IMG/VR virus record: IMGVR_UViG_3300037312_000412
Span: 4,466 to 68,465 of that record
DNA: 64,000 bases
Source of the DNA: a virus
Taxonomy: Duplodnaviria; Caudoviricetes
Strand: one strand, 5' to 3'
The notes beneath the pieces are model-generated. The model was not told the DNA's origin. It did no database searches and saw only the letters and a program-made list of their open reading frames with translations. Below, in pieces: positions 48,805 to 59,700 of the stretch. The translations under genes and the position numbers were made by a program. Numbering within the stretch: the first letter of the stretch is position 1; each line of letters opens with the position of its first letter.

Positions 48805-49802
48805 GCAAATCCACAAAAGACACCCTCGCAGGGATCGTGGGCGCGATTCTGATCTTTGCCGTTGTCGCTGTTGCGGTTTCATCCTGCTCTGGATGCGCCG
48901 CACCGGCTGCTGCAGACGACAGCCGTGTGAAGTCCGCCGCTGAGGCTGGAATCGACGCTCTGGGCGACAACCAGCCGCAGGAATCAGCCGCACCGCCCGT
49001 GGAGATTCAGCCGCCCGCATCCATCACCGAGCCACACATCGAACCCGAGCCCGTGAAGTATTTCCCTCCTGATGAGCCAAAAGAGCCCACAATCGCCGTG
49101 CGGTTCTTCACGGCGGCAAGCTGTGCGCCGTGCGTTCTCGCGGAGAGGGAAATAAACAGGTTCAACTCGCCCCCTATGAATGCGTCCCGCTGGTCTGTTG
49201 GGGATTGGGAGCCCGGAACGAAGCGGCACATCCACATCGTTCGCTGGGAGAAGTCACGCGACCAGTTCGAACTGTATGGGGTCAACGCCACCCCCACCTA
49301 CGTCATGACCGTCGATGGGAAAGAAATCGGACGCCGAGAAGGGCGACAGACTGCCGAACAGGTTGAGCAGTGGATTCGCGTTCGTTATTCCCTACTGGTC
49401 AACGCCCCCGAGGTGGCGACCCAGCGCCCTTTTGCGGAGCCGTGGCGACAGGAGCTACTCCGCAAGCACGGCAGGCAGGCAATCGGCGCACACACCGACC
49501 TGGAAACCGCGATGGTGGCATTGCCGGAGACGCGGATCAACCTGCGTCAGCAGTGCGTCGAGTTTTCGGGACCGTCGCGCGTGTCGCAGCTCAATCGCTG
49601 GTTCTCGGTTTCGTTCGGCGCAGGCAACGTATCGCACAGCGGCTCAACGGTGGAGTTCAGCAATCCCCCGGAGTTGCGGTTCCATCTGTTCAAAGACCGC
49701 GCTGGGGAAAAGCTCGATTCGCTCAAGGCGATTGAGTTCGTGGACGGGGGCGTGTCGTTTGATTTGGTGCGGTTCGGGCGGCTCAAGTTCAAGGTGAAGT
49801 AA
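48801..49802 (+). CDS. Exported (lipo)protein with a thioredoxin-fold CxxC domain
   Basis: Signal with VSSC lipobox-like site; Pro-rich linker; FFTAASCAPC; YGV..TPTYV..DGKE.GR.EG. Confidence 0.82.
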   Translation: MSKSTKDTLAGIVGAILIFAVVAVAVSSCSGCAAPAAADDSRVKSAAEAGIDALGDNQPQESAAPPVEIQPPASITEPHIEPEPVKYFPPDEPKEPTIAVRFFTAASCAPCVLAEREINRFNSPPMNASRWSVGDWEPGTKRHIHIVRWEKSRDQFELYGVNATPTYVMTVDGKEIGRREGRQTAEQVEQWIRVRYSLLVNAPEVATQRPFAEPWRQELLRKHGRQAIGAHTDLETAMVALPETRINLRQQCVEFSGPSRVSQLNRWFSVSFGAGNVSHSGSTVEFSNPPELRFHLFKDRAGEKLDSLKAIEFVDGGVSFDLVRFGRLKFKVK

Positions 49803-50692
49803 ATGGCTCACGAACTGATTGAATTGCAAAGACACATGCAGACCTACGGCGACCTGACAAACACGTACAACATCAAAGTCTCGTGCACCAACTGTGGTTT
49901 TAACGGCAACGCAGCGATACCGCGCGTGCAACCCGTCGCGGAAAAGATTCAATGCCCGAACTGCAGGTGTGACACTGCGAAGAAGATGGCGACGCGATGA
50001 TGCGACGTTTCTATAGTCTCATGGGCTGGTGCTACCACGATTGGAATGATTGGCGAGCATGCGGGCGGGGAATCTCGGCGTACTTCTCCAAGCGAGCATT
50101 TCGTCGCTGCCAGATCTGCGGCAAGGAGCAGTCGAAAAGGGTTGATTTCCCGTGGAGATGGTTCGGCTGACGCGGCGGCGTTTGATTTGGTGCGGTTCGG
50201 GAAACTGCGGTTCAAGGTGAAGTGATGCGATTTATTGGTCCGATTCTTGAGCGTCTATTCGACGACTTCCGCCGAATGCTCGACCGCGAAGTTCTGGGAG
50301 CGATTCTGTGACCAAGGAAGACGAAGCGGCTGAAAAGCTGGCGAAGTCCGTGCTGGGAGTTGTGGCTGTGCCATTCTTCGCGCCAGTCGCCATGTGCATC
50401 AACGCGGCGGTGGTGGCACTGAAAGCTCTGTCGCTGACGTGGCTATGGCAGTGGTTCGTTGTCGAGCAATTCGGGTTGCGACCGTTGCCGTTTGCCCTGT
50501 GTGGCGGATTGCTGCTGATTCGCGCCACGATTCGCGGACCGCAGAAGGCTAGCGATTTGCATTTCCTGTGGCCGTTCGTCTATCCGCTCACGACCCTTGT
50601 GATGGGTTGGGCAGTTCATCAGTGGCTCATGTGATGGTGCGGTCGTGATTCACACGCGGCGGTTCAAGGGGATTCGGTTCAAGGTGCAGTAG
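49744..50692 (+). repeat. Three homologous copies of the thioredoxin gene 3' end separating short gene cassettes
   Basis: 49756-49800 vs 50179-50223 match at 39/45 nt; a third, more divergent copy lies at 50633-50692. Confidence 0.8.
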
Positions 50693-51161
50693 GAAACATG
50701 AAACAGCAAATCGAATGGTCGGAATGGGAGCGGCAGGCAAAGGCGTATTACCGCCAACTCGGATGGGAAGAACGGGTTATTGAAACGCTCGATTGGGGCG
50801 TGTATCGCGAGACGTATTACGACGGCGGATATACGCCAGAGGACGCGATTGACGAAGACTTGTCCTACGGCTGAATCTGACCCATGCCTGAATACTGCAT
50901 CTCCTGCGAAATTGACCGAGGCGCGTTCAGCGATGAGCGGACGTATGAATTCCCGACTCCGGACGGCGGGCTATTCGTCGGTCTTTGTTGTTCCGAGCAC
51001 TTGATGGACACCACGTTTCAGAAGCTGCGACCGAATGACGTGCGACTTCGTGGCTATGTAAAATGTCGCGTCCTGAAGGCAACCGAGACTCGGGCGCTTG
51101 TTGATGTGCCACAAGGCGATGTTCTCACAATCTTGCGGTCGCAACTCACCGAGGTGCCTGC

Positions 51162-51545
51162 ATGACCGCCCTGATCCTCGCCACAGCCCTGCTCGCGCAA
51201 TGGCCGCTCCCCGAGAGCGAGCCAGAAATCACCGTCCACCAGATCCAAACCATCGAGGTCAACTACTACACGGAGTTCAACGGCGAAGAGACGCCGCAAC
51301 TGGTGTTCTGGGAAAAGGACCGCATCGACCAGAACGGCGCAGCGTGGATGGTCTACAAGGGGCATCTGCGGATGTACAACGAGCAGTGGCCGACACTGGA
51401 AGGGGATACATGGGTCTGGCGTGGGCGCGGCGTGGAGATGCGGGCTCAGTATTTGATTGTGACGGGTGGGTATGACTCGGAGCAGATGCTGACGAAGTGG
51501 GGGCGGGTGTTGAGGTTTCCGGTGGTTCTTCGTTGGGGAAATTAG
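51162..51545 (+). CDS. Secreted hypothetical protein
   Basis: Signal peptide MTALILATALLA; TIEVNYY...QLVFW. Confidence 0.65.
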   Translation: MTALILATALLAQWPLPESEPEITVHQIQTIEVNYYTEFNGEETPQLVFWEKDRIDQNGAAWMVYKGHLRMYNEQWPTLEGDTWVWRGRGVEMRAQYLIVTGGYDSEQMLTKWGRVLRFPVVLRWGN

Positions 51546-53810
51546 ATGAATCTCGCAGACGTGCTCGGAGGAGCGATTCCGACAACTGCTGAGGAGAGGC
51601 TTGAAGTCCAGATGGAAGCGTTCGCGATATTGGCGTCTCGTGGGCATATCTTCAATTTGCGGCAGTGGAATCAGATTCGGGAAGCAGCAAACGCTGGCAA
51701 CTATCACGCACTGTGGATTGTCGGGCGTAAGTAAGCATTTCGGCTGATCACTTTACTAACGACGCGGCGTAGGAAAGGCGGCTTTACCAGTGAGGGCTCC
51801 CGGTAATCCAGAACTCGGAAAGTGTGAATTCTGCAGCGACTACGGCAGCATCTGCACAAAAGATGACGAGTGGGAACCGTGCCCGAAGTGCCAGAGGAAA
51901 CCCGAGCCAATCATTTTCGGGACATCCATCGACGGAAAGTTCTATCCCGGAGTGGCGATAAAAGGCGGTCTAGTGTGGAAAGGACATCCAAACACATGAG
52001 CCTCTGGAGCCGTCTGAAACTCGCCCTCGAAGCCGTCTGGCTGATCCTCTGGTGCGGCAATCTGCCCGACGCAGAAGAGACGGCGAAGGGGATGACGAAC
52101 CGCATTGCCGCGCTCGAGGGAAAGCTCGCGTGGACCAGCGAAATGCTGGCGCTCGAGGAAACGCTCACGAAGAGCCTGAACGACAAAATCGCCGAATTGA
52201 CCGACGACCGCGACAAGTGGTGCGCCGCCTACTACGACGAAGTGCACAAGGCGTCCATCGTGGCGTGCGAAATGCGAAAGCGTGAAATGGCTGACGCATC
52301 CGAGATTATCAGGCTTCGTGAAGACGTGCAGATTGCGAACATGGAGCGGGACGCCCTGAAAGCGGAGGCTTGCCGATGACGTTCTGGCGACGAATTGCCG
52401 AGTGGGTATTTCCGGTGTACCGCGACCCGTTTGAGGAAGCGGGCATCGAGCGGCCGAAACCGCTCGTTGGGGTGGTTGTGGACCGGGATGAACTCGCCGC
52501 GCTGGAAGATGAACGCGACGAACTTCGCGAACGTCTCACCAAAGAGGAATCGGACCATCTTCACGAAAACATCTTGCGAGACGCGGCAACCGCAGAGCTA
52601 AACGCTGAGGTCATCAAACTTCGCGGCTACTGCGAGCGTTGGGAAGCCCAATACGACGAGCATGCCAACAAGACCAATGCGGCGTTGCGGGAAGTGTCGG
52701 AACTCCGTGAACGCCTCACCTCCGCAGCCGACGCCCTCGAAGTCGAGCGTACCCGTGCAGGCAACGCCGAGCGGCTGGCGGCGCGGGCGGAAGAGGATCT
52801 GGGGAAAGAACGGGCGAAGTGCACTGCGATTGCTGGAAAACTCAAATCCGCGAAGACGCAGGTTGAAACAGACAAGAAGCGACTCGCTCAACAGCTGGCA
52901 TCGTTCATCGAGGACACGGGGCTGAAGAACGAAATATGGTGCGGTTGGACGTACCCGAATCATCTTTTAGAACCCGCCCTCGTGGACACCGCGCCGCTCT
53001 CAGAGCAGGAAGGGTTGCCCCAAACCAGCCGCGTCATCGTTGTGGATGAAGTGGATGAGCAAGCCGTCGATTGCGGTGTGCGCCGCGCCGGCGTCCACTC
53101 AACGCCCATCCCCGAAGCGATACAGGCTCGCGTCACCGAGGCGATTCGGAAAGCGGGGGTGCATCCTGACTGACGAATCCTGCCGCACATTCAGCGACCT
53201 GCCGACTCTGTATTGGGACTTTGTCGAGCAGCAGCGAGAGCCGCCAGAATCTCCGGCGTGGGTGTTCCTTCTGGAGTGGTCGTCGAGCAGATTCTTGGAA
53301 CTGAAATGCCAGTTACTGTTCCTGATATTTGAATCGCAGTGGGAGCTGGCAGCATGAACGACCTCGACAACGAAACCCTCCAAGCCTGCGAAGCCGGTCC
53401 ACCAGGAGACAACCCGACACCGGCAGATCGGCACCGACGCAATCAGGCTGCATACAAGCTGCACGGGTGGCTCCGAGATAACGCGCACCGCTACCCCAAC
53501 GCACAGGCAGCGAAGTCCGATGCCTGCCAGTTCGTACTGACCACGATGATTCTGGGCGCTGTGCTGACAGCGGTGATTGAGTGGGTGGTGGGGCGGGTTC
53601 TGAGACGGTGGTTCGGGGAGTGAGCGATGGGTGCAAACGGAAAACCGCCGCCGAAAGGCAATAGACCCCCGCCTCCGCAAGGTAGTGGGATGACATCGCC
53701 TCCGCCGCCTCCGTATCGAGGCGAACGGAACGAGCGAAAGCGGCAAAAACAGGAATCGGGAGACGGGTGGTTTTGGGCTGGTGTTGCTGGCTATCTACTC
53801 GGCGCAAGCG

Positions 53811-54224
53811 ATGGCGGTAACTGAGGTGTTCGCATCGGACTTCGACCCGAACACATGGCGTTTGTTTCAGGGATGGAAACCAGTGGCAGAGATCAGCATC
53901 TACATCGCAGGACCGTACACAGGCGCTGTGGGAGAAAACGTCCACACGGCAATTCGTGCCTTTCACGACCTATCCGATATGGGGTTCGTGCCATTCTGCC
54001 CGCACTTGAGCCTGCTGGCTGAACTGCATCGCCCCCGCAATTATGAGTTCTGGTTGGATCAGTGTTTGTACTGGGTGACGAAGTGCGACGGACTCTATCG
54101 TTTGCCGGGCGACAGTCCCGGAGCTGACCGCGAAGTCGCTAAGGCGGACGAACTTGGAATTCCGGTATTCCACAACCATCACCAGCTTCTCTCGTGGAAG
54201 GATCCGAAAGGATGGCACCAGTGA
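53811..54224 (+). CDS. DUF4406/nucleoside deoxyribosyltransferase-like protein
   Basis: IYIAGPYTG, PFCPH, CD.LYRLPG.S.GAD.E...A..LGIPV. Confidence 0.8.
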   Translation: MAVTEVFASDFDPNTWRLFQGWKPVAEISIYIAGPYTGAVGENVHTAIRAFHDLSDMGFVPFCPHLSLLAELHRPRNYEFWLDQCLYWVTKCDGLYRLPGDSPGADREVAKADELGIPVFHNHHQLLSWKDPKGWHQ

Positions 54225-54826
54225 GCGAAGTAGCCGAACGCATGGCACACGTCAAGAAAATCACCGGCGGCAATCCCGATGCCGTGGACGGGATGAACGA
54301 GGCGTGGGTGCCGCAGATTGTTGGGGGCAGTAATCCGGAGATCCGCCTGCCTCCGCTGCCCGATAAGCCCAAGGAGTGCAAGTGCGAACCTGTAAGCAAT
54401 GCTTACGAGTTGCCCGAACTATCCGGAAATTCCGGACAGTTGCCCAACTGCCTCCACGAAGCCGACCGCCTCACGAGCACAGACCGCAACCAGAGCTACG
54501 GGCACCCACTGGACGACTACGAATGCACGGCGGACCTATGGAACGCTGTATTCCGTCGCGCTGGGATTCTCGCAGAAGGGAAAGCTGTAACCGCCGAGAT
54601 GGCGCAATTGTGCATGGTTCTGGTGAAGGCGAGTCGTGAAGCGCATTGCCACAAGCCCGACAATCTCATCGACGCAGCGGGATACTGCCGAACCATCGAG
54701 ATGACGATTCAGGAGCGGGAACGACGGGCGCTTGCGGCATTGGAAGAACTGTCGCGGCTGGATCAGGAATGGGGTCTCGGATACCAGACAACCCCAGAAG
54801 ATTGTTCCACGGAAAACAACGCCTAG
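54221..54826 (+). CDS. DUF6378-like (dATP/dGTP diphosphohydrolase-related) protein
   Basis: EAD.L...DRNQSYG.P.D.Y...A.LW, MVLVK.SR, DN.IDAAGY. Confidence 0.78.
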   Translation: MSEVAERMAHVKKITGGNPDAVDGMNEAWVPQIVGGSNPEIRLPPLPDKPKECKCEPVSNAYELPELSGNSGQLPNCLHEADRLTSTDRNQSYGHPLDDYECTADLWNAVFRRAGILAEGKAVTAEMAQLCMVLVKASREAHCHKPDNLIDAAGYCRTIEMTIQERERRALAALEELSRLDQEWGLGYQTTPEDCSTENNA

Positions 54827-54838
54827 AGGTTGTCAGGG

Positions 54839-55132
54839 ATGGCACGCAAGCGCGAACGCACGATGCAGATCACAGTTCTCGGGAAGCCCGTACCCGTGCG
54901 CTTCACGAAGAAACTGCCGCGTGGCGTTGACGGCGAGTGCGACGGACCGGAAGTGCAGAACCGAGAGATCCGCATCCGTGAAGGGCTGACGCCTGAACGG
55001 GAACTGGCGGTGTTGCATCACGAGTACCACCACTGGGTCGATTGGTATCGGGATGAGTCGTGGGTGGTGCTCGTGGGCGAAGAGTCCGCGGCATTGACTG
55101 TTCAGTTGGGCTGGCGCAAGGAGAGCGAATAG
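54839..55132 (+). CDS. Small HExxH metallopeptidase-like protein
   Basis: DGECD...IRI..GL....VLHHEYHH. Confidence 0.65.
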   Translation: MARKRERTMQITVLGKPVPVRFTKKLPRGVDGECDGPEVQNREIRIREGLTPERELAVLHHEYHHWVDWYRDESWVVLVGEESAALTVQLGWRKESE

Positions 55133-56359
55133 ATGGCTGCTGGATGGAGCGAAAAGGAATTGAAGATCGTCCGCGCCAATCTCGGAAAGGCGACCGACGA
55201 AGAGATTGCCGCGCTTCTGCCGAGTCGGTCCGCCAAGGCAGTCAAGCACTGTCGGCTGACTCTGGCAAAAGAGCGCAACGCCGACGAGCTAAAACAAGCC
55301 CGCGAAGCCGCACTGAACCCGCCCGTCGAAATCGACAAAGACGCCCACATCCGGAAGGTGGAAGAGGAAAACGCCCGCCTCAGACAGCAGATTACCTGGG
55401 CACAGCATGCGGACGCCAAGAACCGCACCGGTGGCGTTCTGACCCTGAGAGCGAGTGACCACCACTACGGCGATGCAAACCATCTGCTGAGCTGCGGTCT
55501 CTCTCTGGAAGCCAAGTCCATCGAGGTCTGCAAGCAATACCAGCCCGACCGCATCAACATTGTCGCCGGAGACGACTGGATTGCCGGCAACGGCATCTTC
55601 AAGGAACAGGAGCAAGAATCGGTCACATCGAGCGCCATCGAGCAATGCCAGATTGGCGCAATGCACGCCCGGCGCTGGTTGCTCAAGATTCGCTCCGAAG
55701 GGATCAGGGCTCCGATTTCCTGGCACATCATGCGTGGAAACCATGACTATGCCAAGGGGCAGTCGATGACCGAATACCTGCTCCTGTTGATGGAGAAGGT
55801 CTGCAGCGACATTCCGAAGTTGAAATTCGTCATGCACTGGGACCGCAACATTCTGAATCTTGCACACAAGGGCAGTTATTACGCGCTGATCCGTCACGGC
55901 ATGGGGCACAGCAACACGAGTCCCAATAGCCCGGCATTCGTCAACTCAGTCATGCAGGAAATTCTCATCGAGCAGCGACGGAATCCGGATAAGCCGATTT
56001 ACCGCGTGGTGAGTGGGCACACACACTGGGCCAGTATCGGGCTGGAACGCATCGTCGGGTTGGAATTCGACACCACCGGCGGTCTGCAGCGCAACAAGCG
56101 AACAAAACTCGGAAGCAACCAGCGCCCGTCCGGCTGGATCGTCTATGTGTCAACCCGAGGAATGAAAGACAACATTCTGCTGCCGATTCTGCTCAAGCCG
56201 GAAGAGGACGTATACATGCGGGAAATCGCCAGCGCCGTGTTGGAGCAAGAGAACCGCGCCGACGCAGCCGAACGGCTCAAGGAATTCCGCGACCTGATGG
56301 AGAACAAAGGCACCTACGCCAAGAACGAAGGCGCTGGTCCAAAAGAATGCAGATGGTAA
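55133..56359 (+). CDS. Calcineurin-like metallophosphoesterase with an N-terminal Myb/SANT-like domain
   Basis: SDHHYG, GDD, GNHD, RHG, SGHTH; WSEKE.........EIAALL..RS.KAV. Confidence 0.85.
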   Translation: MAAGWSEKELKIVRANLGKATDEEIAALLPSRSAKAVKHCRLTLAKERNADELKQAREAALNPPVEIDKDAHIRKVEEENARLRQQITWAQHADAKNRTGGVLTLRASDHHYGDANHLLSCGLSLEAKSIEVCKQYQPDRINIVAGDDWIAGNGIFKEQEQESVTSSAIEQCQIGAMHARRWLLKIRSEGIRAPISWHIMRGNHDYAKGQSMTEYLLLLMEKVCSDIPKLKFVMHWDRNILNLAHKGSYYALIRHGMGHSNTSPNSPAFVNSVMQEILIEQRRNPDKPIYRVVSGHTHWASIGLERIVGLEFDTTGGLQRNKRTKLGSNQRPSGWIVYVSTRGMKDNILLPILLKPEEDVYMREIASAVLEQENRADAAERLKEFRDLMENKGTYAKNEGAGPKECRW

Positions 56360-56787
56360 GGCACGGATGGGAAACCGCCTGGAGCATGCTGCTGCTTGCC
56401 GGTGTCGGCTGGATCATCATCGCCACAATCGCCTACTTCCGCAGCCAACAACCGCCGTATCTGTAAACGCCGAAAATCAAGAAAATGACAATGGGAAATC
56501 GAGCCAACGGACAAGCGCAGCGTGAAGGACCAGGAAGCCAGCCGTTCGCGGTTGTCTCAATGGATCTCAGCGGTGCTCTGTCCATCGAACGCATGGATGC
56601 GCACACGTTCGAACATGCGGCGAATGCCGTGGAGCGATTCTCGCCTGAGACTCGGGCTGTGTTCGTTGGAAGGATGATTCTGGGTAGGTGCAGTCGATGC
56701 GGAAACGTCGTGCGGGATGACACCAAATGGCAGGTCATCAATAACCTGCTGCGGTGTGAGGATCACAGGGACGAGAGGGTGTAGTCA

Positions 56788-58257
56788 TTGACGCTGGTCT
56801 GGCAAGGCAATTTCACGGGGACGAGCGGGACGAACCTGTCGGCGTACACGCCAGATCTGGGGAGCGCCCTCGCTTCGCTCAGTGGAACGGCGACCATCAA
56901 CGGCAGCAACCAGGCGACCAACACGACCAATACCGCATGGTACACGGCGAGTACGAGCGCGGCGAATCTTCGCATGACGATGAGTGTGATCACGCTCAAT
57001 CCGGCATACACAGGGTTCATTGTTCGGGCGCAGGACTCCAGCAATTTTATCTGGGCGGTCGTGGACGTTGTGGACTTTACACCTGCGAGACTGGCGATTT
57101 GGACACGCATCGCAGGGTTAACCTCACTGAAAGTCAGCGGGGCGTTTGTTGGGGTGCCAGCAACACTGGACATGATCGCGACGGGAACGAGCATCTTCCT
57201 GTCGGACGGCACGAACCGCATCAATACGACTATCAGCAATTTCAGTTCGAACACCTCGCACGGGCTCTACTTCGCCGGCGGAGCCGGTGGGGTTGTGGAC
57301 GCGCTGCAGATGTTCTCGCTCGCCAACATCACAGCCAGCGGGGCGGTTCCATTCGCGAACCTGTTAGGCGTTTCCAGAGCCTCATCGGTGCCGTTCGCCT
57401 CGCTGCTCAGCATCTCGCGCGGTGGAGTGGTTCCCTTTGGTGTTCTGGCAGCAATCGCCCGCTCTCAATCGGTTCCATTCGCCAATGTTCTGAGCATGAG
57501 CCGTTCGCAGTCGGTGCCGTTTGCGAGCCTGATCTCGGTCAGCCGTTCGCAGTCCATCCCGTTCGAAAACACGCTCTCCGTGAGCCAGTCGGGCTCTGTG
57601 CCTATCGGCTGGCTGGCAACCGCGACCAGATCCGGAGTGGTGCCATTCGAAGTGCTCGGCAGCGTGAATGCCTCGGGAGTTGTTCCGCTCGATTGGCTGG
57701 CGTCAGTGCTCAACGCCTCGCAGGTGCCGATTGCGAATCTAGGAAGCATCAGTGCGCAGGGAATCGTTCCGGTCGAGTGGTTGAATTCCATCTCAGAGAG
57801 CGGCACGGCCGCAGTGGCGTGGGTGCAGGCTGTCTCGCGTGGAGTAACCGTCCCCTTGGCGTATCTGGGCAGCGTGAGGGCGGCCAATCCCATTCCTGTG
57901 GATTGGGGAGCGAATATCCAGGTGAGCGGACAGGTGCCGTTCGCGCATGTTCTCTCGGTGAGTCAATCAGCGACAGCGTGTGTCGAGCATCTCGCCTCAC
58001 TGAGCAGCAACGCGATTACGCCACTGGCGTGGACGGCGACTCTTCAGGCGCACGGCGTGGTGCCTGTGGCGTGGGGTGGCGTTTCGGTCACGCCACACAT
58101 GGTCTATCTGGCGAATCCACGAAACGAAGTGTTCATAGCGACGGCCCGCGGCGACCTGTGGAAAGCGAACACGCGGAAATCTGAGGCAACGGCACAACAG
58201 CGGATCAACGAAGCGTCAGCGAATTTCAGGAAGAATCAAGCGGACATGGAGCAGTAA
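56788..58257 (+). CDS. Fibre-like protein with 18 x 14-aa repeats
   Basis: Beta-rich N-terminal domain; xSxxVP[FILV]xxLxxx repeats at 57334-58089. Confidence 0.72.
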   Translation: MTLVWQGNFTGTSGTNLSAYTPDLGSALASLSGTATINGSNQATNTTNTAWYTASTSAANLRMTMSVITLNPAYTGFIVRAQDSSNFIWAVVDVVDFTPARLAIWTRIAGLTSLKVSGAFVGVPATLDMIATGTSIFLSDGTNRINTTISNFSSNTSHGLYFAGGAGGVVDALQMFSLANITASGAVPFANLLGVSRASSVPFASLLSISRGGVVPFGVLAAIARSQSVPFANVLSMSRSQSVPFASLISVSRSQSIPFENTLSVSQSGSVPIGWLATATRSGVVPFEVLGSVNASGVVPLDWLASVLNASQVPIANLGSISAQGIVPVEWLNSISESGTAAVAWVQAVSRGVTVPLAYLGSVRAANPIPVDWGANIQVSGQVPFAHVLSVSQSATACVEHLASLSSNAITPLAWTATLQAHGVVPVAWGGVSVTPHMVYLANPRNEVFIATARGDLWKANTRKSEATAQQRINEASANFRKNQADMEQ

Positions 58258-59028
58258 ATGAGCCTTGCCTCAACCGATATTGTGATCTATGGCAGTGCGA
58301 ACATGCCCGAGGACGGCGTTTCGACTGTCGGCGGCGCGATTGATACCGCAACACGAATAATTCCCGACTCGGCGAGCCTATTCAATTCGCTCTCCGACAA
58401 GGTGGACATCGTTTCGTCCAATTCTGGGGATACGACCCAGACCGTGACCATCACGGGGCTCTTGGCGTCTGGGGTGCGGACTAGCGAGACGCTGAGCCTT
58501 AACGGCACAACGACCGTCAATGGGACGAACACTTACGCCCGTCTGGAAAAGGTCGTCGCGTCCGGATCACACACAGGCACAATCACCTTCAAGAAGCACA
58601 CGGGCGGCTCGACCATCACTTCGATGGAGAGCGGCGTTTTGACCATCCGTCGTCCGTTCTACGGAGACTTCGCAGACGCATCCGGCGGATCGAGCCACAC
58701 GTACTACGAAAAGTGCTTCGCGAAGAACACCAACGGCACGAGCGCGCTATTGCCTGTCGGTGGTCAATCTGCGGCGCAGGTGAGCATTACGGACGGCACT
58801 GGGTTGATCCAGTTTGGGCTTGCTGGCTCCGTGAACGACTCGTTGACGACCACAAATCGCACCACAGCGCCCAGCGGCATCAGCTTTGGCACATCCGCGG
58901 TGAATATCCCCGGAACAAACCTCAACGCTGGAGATGCCATTGGTATTTGGATGTCGTTGACCCTGTCGGCTGGAACCGCCGCCGCGGTGAACACGTTTAC
59001 GCTGACCACTAGCGGGACTACGGCATGA
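58258..59028 (+). CDS. Hypothetical virion structural protein
   Basis: Thr/Ser/Gly-rich and beta-rich; C-terminal NLNAGDAIGIWMSLT. Confidence 0.6.
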   Translation: MSLASTDIVIYGSANMPEDGVSTVGGAIDTATRIIPDSASLFNSLSDKVDIVSSNSGDTTQTVTITGLLASGVRTSETLSLNGTTTVNGTNTYARLEKVVASGSHTGTITFKKHTGGSTITSMESGVLTIRRPFYGDFADASGGSSHTYYEKCFAKNTNGTSALLPVGGQSAAQVSITDGTGLIQFGLAGSVNDSLTTTNRTTAPSGISFGTSAVNIPGTNLNAGDAIGIWMSLTLSAGTAAAVNTFTLTTSGTTA

Positions 59029-59366
59029 GCGAAGTCACCTCATTGGATGTATTCACGATTCTGCCCGGCGAGATCCGAAAGCCGATGGCGAACTACTTTC
59101 CGGACCTGGGAACCGGAGAGACGCTCACTGGCACGCCCACGGTGACAATCGCCCAGCACAACACCACCGCGCCGGCACCTGCGGTCAGCAATCCAGCGAT
59201 TATCGCCAATAAGGAAGGCAATGCAAATTCGGCAGTCGAGTTCGTCGTGGACGCGAGCGGAGAAGGAATTACGAACGGGGACTTTCTGGCTACCGTACTG
59301 TGCGAGACATCAAACTCCCCCGTGCGGAAGGGATTCGTGATGATTATCCGAGTTCGGGACAAGTGA
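59025..59366 (+). CDS. Hypothetical Ig-like virion protein
   Basis: D...ETLT..TVT pattern; coupled to the previous gene. Confidence 0.55.
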   Translation: MSEVTSLDVFTILPGEIRKPMANYFPDLGTGETLTGTPTVTIAQHNTTAPAPAVSNPAIIANKEGNANSAVEFVVDASGEGITNGDFLATVLCETSNSPVRKGFVMIIRVRDK

Positions 59367-59367
59367 T

Positions 59368-59700
59368 GTGCCTCACGCAGCCAAAAAACTGACCGAATGC
59401 AAAAGGACCGACTACCGCCGATCAGCCACCGAGCGAGGCTATGATTCGACATGGGCAAAGGTCGCAGATCTCAGGCGAATGCTGAACCCCATCTGCCAGC
59501 ACTGCGAAGCACGCGGCATTACCAAAGAGTACGACATCGGAGAGGACGGAAAGACGCTCAAGCTGATCGTGGACCACGTTATCCCGGTGCATGTGAGACC
59601 GGACCTGCGATTGGTGCTGGAGAACACCCAGACGCTGTGCCGAGCGTGCCACAAGGTTAAGACCGACAACGACGTTTTGATTTATGGAGCGGCGGAATGA
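59368..59700 (+). CDS. Packaging-associated HNH endonuclease
   Basis: RGYD..W, PICQHC, VDHVIP, ENTQTLCRACH..KT. Confidence 0.92.
   Translation: MPHAAKKLTECKRTDYRRSATERGYDSTWAKVADLRRMLNPICQHCEARGITKEYDIGEDGKTLKLIVDHVIPVHVRPDLRLVLENTQTLCRACHKVKTDNDVLIYGAAE

Noticed and set aside
53811-54826. Z-genome or other base-hypermodification pathway
   Set aside because: No PurZ, queuosine-pathway, thymidylate-modifying or DNA polymerase gene was recognised; three ordinary DNA methylases are present.
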